A stretch of DNA of 60,128 nt, filler included, from Asterionella formosa (taxonomy: Eukaryota), in assembly GCA_002256025.1 (NCBI GenBank). It is 6 parts of 6 records of this genome, joined end to end, with 100 filler letters (N's around TTAATTAATTAA, not from the genome) between each part and the next. Parts side by side here need not be neighbours in the genome. Positions count along the whole stretch, not along the records: positions 50,213 to 60,128 come from NKIB01010074.1; 5 more parts are not named here. One strand, given 5' to 3'. The notes under the pieces are model-generated. The model ran no database searches. It had not been told where the DNA came from and saw nothing but the letters and a program-made list of their open reading frames with translations. Shown piece after piece: positions 58,176 to 60,128 of the stretch. Position 1 is the first letter of the stretch. The number at the start of each line of letters is the position of its first letter. The position numbers were made by a program, and so were the translations under genes.

Positions 58176-60128
58176 CTAAACTTGTAGAAGTGGATGCGCA
58201 CCATTGCGAAGATCCTTCATCATTTGGTTGATTATCTGGGAGACTGTTTTGTCAACACCATGTGGTTCATAATTTCGGTCAATGGCAACATGAGCAGTAT
58301 ATCCAGCTCGAACTAAGTGTGCCACTGTTTCCCACAAAACCTTGCGCCGACAATAGAGGCACTTTACACACCCCCTTTCAACCCTTGTAAATAGCCTAGC
58401 AGGCTTTCGACCACCAATTCCCACTTCAAACTCCTGCCAGAGTACAAAGAGTGTCTTTGGGGTCTTACTAAGACTGCTGTGGTATTTTGGCTCCACAACC
58501 ATTACACCCACATCAAATCCGAATTCATTTTCGACTTGTAGTTCATTGTCGTTTTGATTGTTATTCACTCCTGGAGCCTGAAATTCGAAATTTTCATCAT
58601 TGAAAGTTGGGGGCGCAGCTGTAGGGGCGACCTTGAGACCATCAACTTTAAACCTTTGCCATGACATTCTTGTAAGGCGATTGAGACTTGTATTCAACTT
58701 CGTCATCCCCTTTTGCATAGCTGACTTGAGTACCACTATTTGCGCCTGCATCTCTTTCATGTCTCGTTGTGTTTCCTTCTGCAGTGAATACAGCCCAAGT
58801 ACCTCATTCCTCTGCTGACCAGCTAGACGTCGTTGTGCTCCACCTGCCGGCTGTTCCCCTTGTGGTACCACCTTGCATACACCTTGATCGAGATCTGCAC
58901 CAATTTCGTCAATATATACCTCACCTTCTGCACCAGTAATTATAATAGGAATTTTTTCCACTGGATTGGCTGCTGCTGGAAGGCGACGCACAAATGCGTA
59001 TGCCGACCTGACGCGCTCTGTCAGTGTATCTGGTAGGTAGCCCTGTAGGTGTGGCTCAAAAACGGCCCATAGTAGTGGCCGTGCTAGCGTCAATGCTACT
59101 TCACGTGGGAACTGCAGGAGAATATTTGGAGCAACAGTTTCCAAAAGCCAATCATCAGTCACACCGCAACTCTCTTTGAGCACATACTTACATGCTCCTC
59201 CAATACACAGGGCTGCTGCCACCTTGGCATCAGGATATGGAAGATCAACATCAATGTAAGTGTCTACTTGCTTTGTGTGTCGTTTCCAGCGACCGCGGAA
59301 ATCTATATCATCGCGGGAGCATCCATTCCTTCGTGCATGGGTTGAGGGATATTTACGAAGGCTGTGTGTTCCAATTAATCCAATGATGCCAAGCTTGTTG
59401 AACTCACTACCTGACCAAACTTCATCTCGCAGGATACGATATGCCTTATTTTTTGCATTCCGAGGATTATCGGTTCCAAGAGGAAAAACCCAGTCATTCT
59501 CCAATGAGCTGCCATTGGACATTCCTTCTGTCTCGAGGTGGATTGCCAAGTTAAGTAGTACACAATACTGTGGGTCCATTGCACCCATGAGGAATTGATC
59601 TGGTGCATCCCTCTCATCCTTGACATTCTTGGACCAACACAGCTGACATATCAGGGTAAAAGGAAAACGAAGATTGGGTTTCAAGTTTTCCTTCTTCAAT
59701 TGGACACAATCGTCGATCCGGCCGACCATGTGGAATTGGAAGGAACATAGAGAAACCATCTGGTAGCGGCGGATACTGTCTTTGCATCGTCGAAGTGCAT
59801 TTATTGTGTTGGTAAATTCTTGGGCTTCAAGTGGACGACGTGCTGCTGATGCTTTTCCCTGCTTGCGGACCTCCTTTTTCTTTACAGCCTTGATTAGGTC
59901 AAGAACAAGCACAGATCTGGTTGGATTTCCACAGTTGATCATGACATTCCAAGTCGAGAGCCGGAGTGGCATGAAGTAGGACAATGCCTTCTTGTAATAT
60001 TCCAATGAGGTTGATCTACCATATGTTGGATTGTCGTTTTGGCTTGGGTTTGGTTTACCATAAGTCTTCACAGCCATCCATTTGTATATGTGTTCAGGCT
60101 TGATGTCTGCTAGCTGCTCTAGACTAAA
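58176..60128 (-). mobile_element. Crypton (CryptonS-like) tyrosine-recombinase transposon ORF, 5'-truncated by window end
   Basis: GRIDD (R), WSKNV (K), GTHSLRK (HxxR), RGRW, VDTY (Y); C-terminal GCR1_C-like PKTLFVLWQEFEVGIGGRKPARLFT; frame stays open upstream of ATG 60077 to 60128. Confidence 0.88.

Overview
Eukaryotic nuclear DNA, most likely a diatom (inferred from short GT-AG introns, a DUF6824-type protein, an ASAF-like plastid targeting motif, RxL-motif secreted proteins, a CoDi-like gag and a CryptonS-like element). It is not one locus. Six unrelated scaffolds in descending length order (1-9957, 10058-20009, 20110-30047, 30148-40084, 40185-50112, 50213-60128) are joined by artificial 100-nt spacers (44 N + TTAATTAATTAA + 44 N). 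Host genes: PRMT1, USB1, a secreted LRR protein, a UBA + probable viral-tegument-like deubiquitinase, a DUF6824 protein, a PREPL-like S9 peptidase, two paralogous secreted beta-propeller proteins flanking KIN17, a coiled-coil protein, tRNA-Thr(AGT), SRP19, a double-TPR protein and a telomere-adjacent Ser/Lys/Gly-rich secreted protein. The rest is a rich mobilome: an apparently intact CryptonS-like tyrosine recombinase ORF, a TRIM-like miniature LTR element with PBS and PPT, a tRNA-headed SINE with a 21-bp target duplication, TTAA-targeting Kolobok-like elements, a TA-targeting TIR element, decayed YR and IS630/Tc1-like transposases, and a mosaic of gene fragments. Most notable pattern: intergenic DNA is peppered with TACCGGTA/TACCAGGTA/TACCTGGTA-type motifs that match predicted excision footprints of a CCA...TGG, TA-targeting transposon also present here. 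All family assignments are from motif recognition by eye, not database searches.
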